Source: Bacillota bacterium
Lineage (GTDB): Bacteria; Bacillota; Clostridia; Lachnospirales; Lachnospiraceae
Direction: 5' to 3'
Assembly (NCBI GenBank): GCA_023428655.1
Contig: JAEYXC010000297.1
Location: 1-35,225 of the forward strand
Length of the DNA: 35,225 bases
The notes under the pieces were generated by a model. The model saw only the letters and a list, made by a program, of their open reading frames with translations, was not told where the DNA came from and searched no databases. Both the position numbers and the translations under genes were made by a program. Below are positions 34,826-35,225 of this stretch, one piece after another; the stretch's first letter is position 1; every line of letters starts with the position of its first letter.

Positions 34826-35225
34826 ATGAGTCTACAGGTGAATGACAGAATGCTATGGCCAAAGGGCAGACGAAAGGCCTTTACCTTAAGCTATGATGAT
34901 GGTGTTACACAGGACATGAGACTTGTCGAGCTGCTAGGTCGTTATGGAGTAAAATCGACCTTTAATCTTAACCCGGGCTTGTTTGGGGAAAAGGGAACCG
35001 TAGCTGCAGGCAAAAAGGAAGTGTCTCACACGAAGCTAAGTAGAGAAGAAGTAGCAACTATATACAGAGGACATGAAATTGCAGCTCACGGACAGCATCA
35101 TAAATGTATGGTTGGAATGGATATTGCCAGATGTGTGGACGAAATACTGGAAAGCAGGAAAGAGCTGGAACGAATGGAGGGCAAGCCGATTACCGGCTTT
35201 GCTTATGCCTTCGGAGCCTATGATG
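34826..35225 (+). CDS. Polysaccharide deacetylase (CE4/NodB-like), truncated by the window end; absent from the ORF track
   Basis: RBS AAGGAGG. Hand translation gives MSLQVNDRMLWPKGRRKAFTLSYDDG...STFNLN...GHEIAAHGQHH...GFAYAFG, open to the end. Confidence 0.85.
   Translation, partial: MSLQVNDRMLWPKGRRKAFTLSYDDGVTQDMRLVELLGRYGVKSTFNLNPGLFGEKGTVAAGKKEVSHTKLSREEVATIYRGHEIAAHGQHHKCMVGMDIARCVDEILESRKELERMEGKPITGFAYAFGAYD

Overview
Chromosomal region of a low-GC Firmicute, probably Lachnospiraceae/Clostridia (inferred from GGAGG ribosome-binding sites, lipoprotein sugar-binding proteins and a YesM/YesN-type two-component system). It has three blocks. (1) 292-2166: a Y-family DNA polymerase plus YolD-like gene. 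(2) 2378-9682: an ArsR-HTH regulator, a carbohydrate ABC transporter, a GH2 glycosidase and an acyltransferase-like membrane protein. (3) 9878 to the window end (>25 kb, still open): an unusually dense cluster of signal-peptide-less ester hydrolases. It holds four PF00756-type esterases (two lack the catalytic Ser), four paralogous PHB-depolymerase-like/copper-amine-oxidase-N-domain fusions, two EstA/COG4099-like esterases, one SxxK family-VIII-type hydrolase and a truncated CE4 deacetylase. These surround a GH13_18 sucrose-phosphorylase-like enzyme with a non-standard specificity loop, an ABC importer, an MFS transporter, an ScrR-like LacI repressor with two candidate operators, and the two-component system. 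My best hypothesis, by inference only, is import and stepwise de-acylation of multiply acylated sucrose-type sugars. A nested inverted-repeat element of about 340 bp lies at 23738-24080. No rRNA, tRNA, CRISPR array or transposase was seen. Family assignments come from motif recognition; no database search was run. Several starts were moved from the ORF track to the RBS-supported codon.
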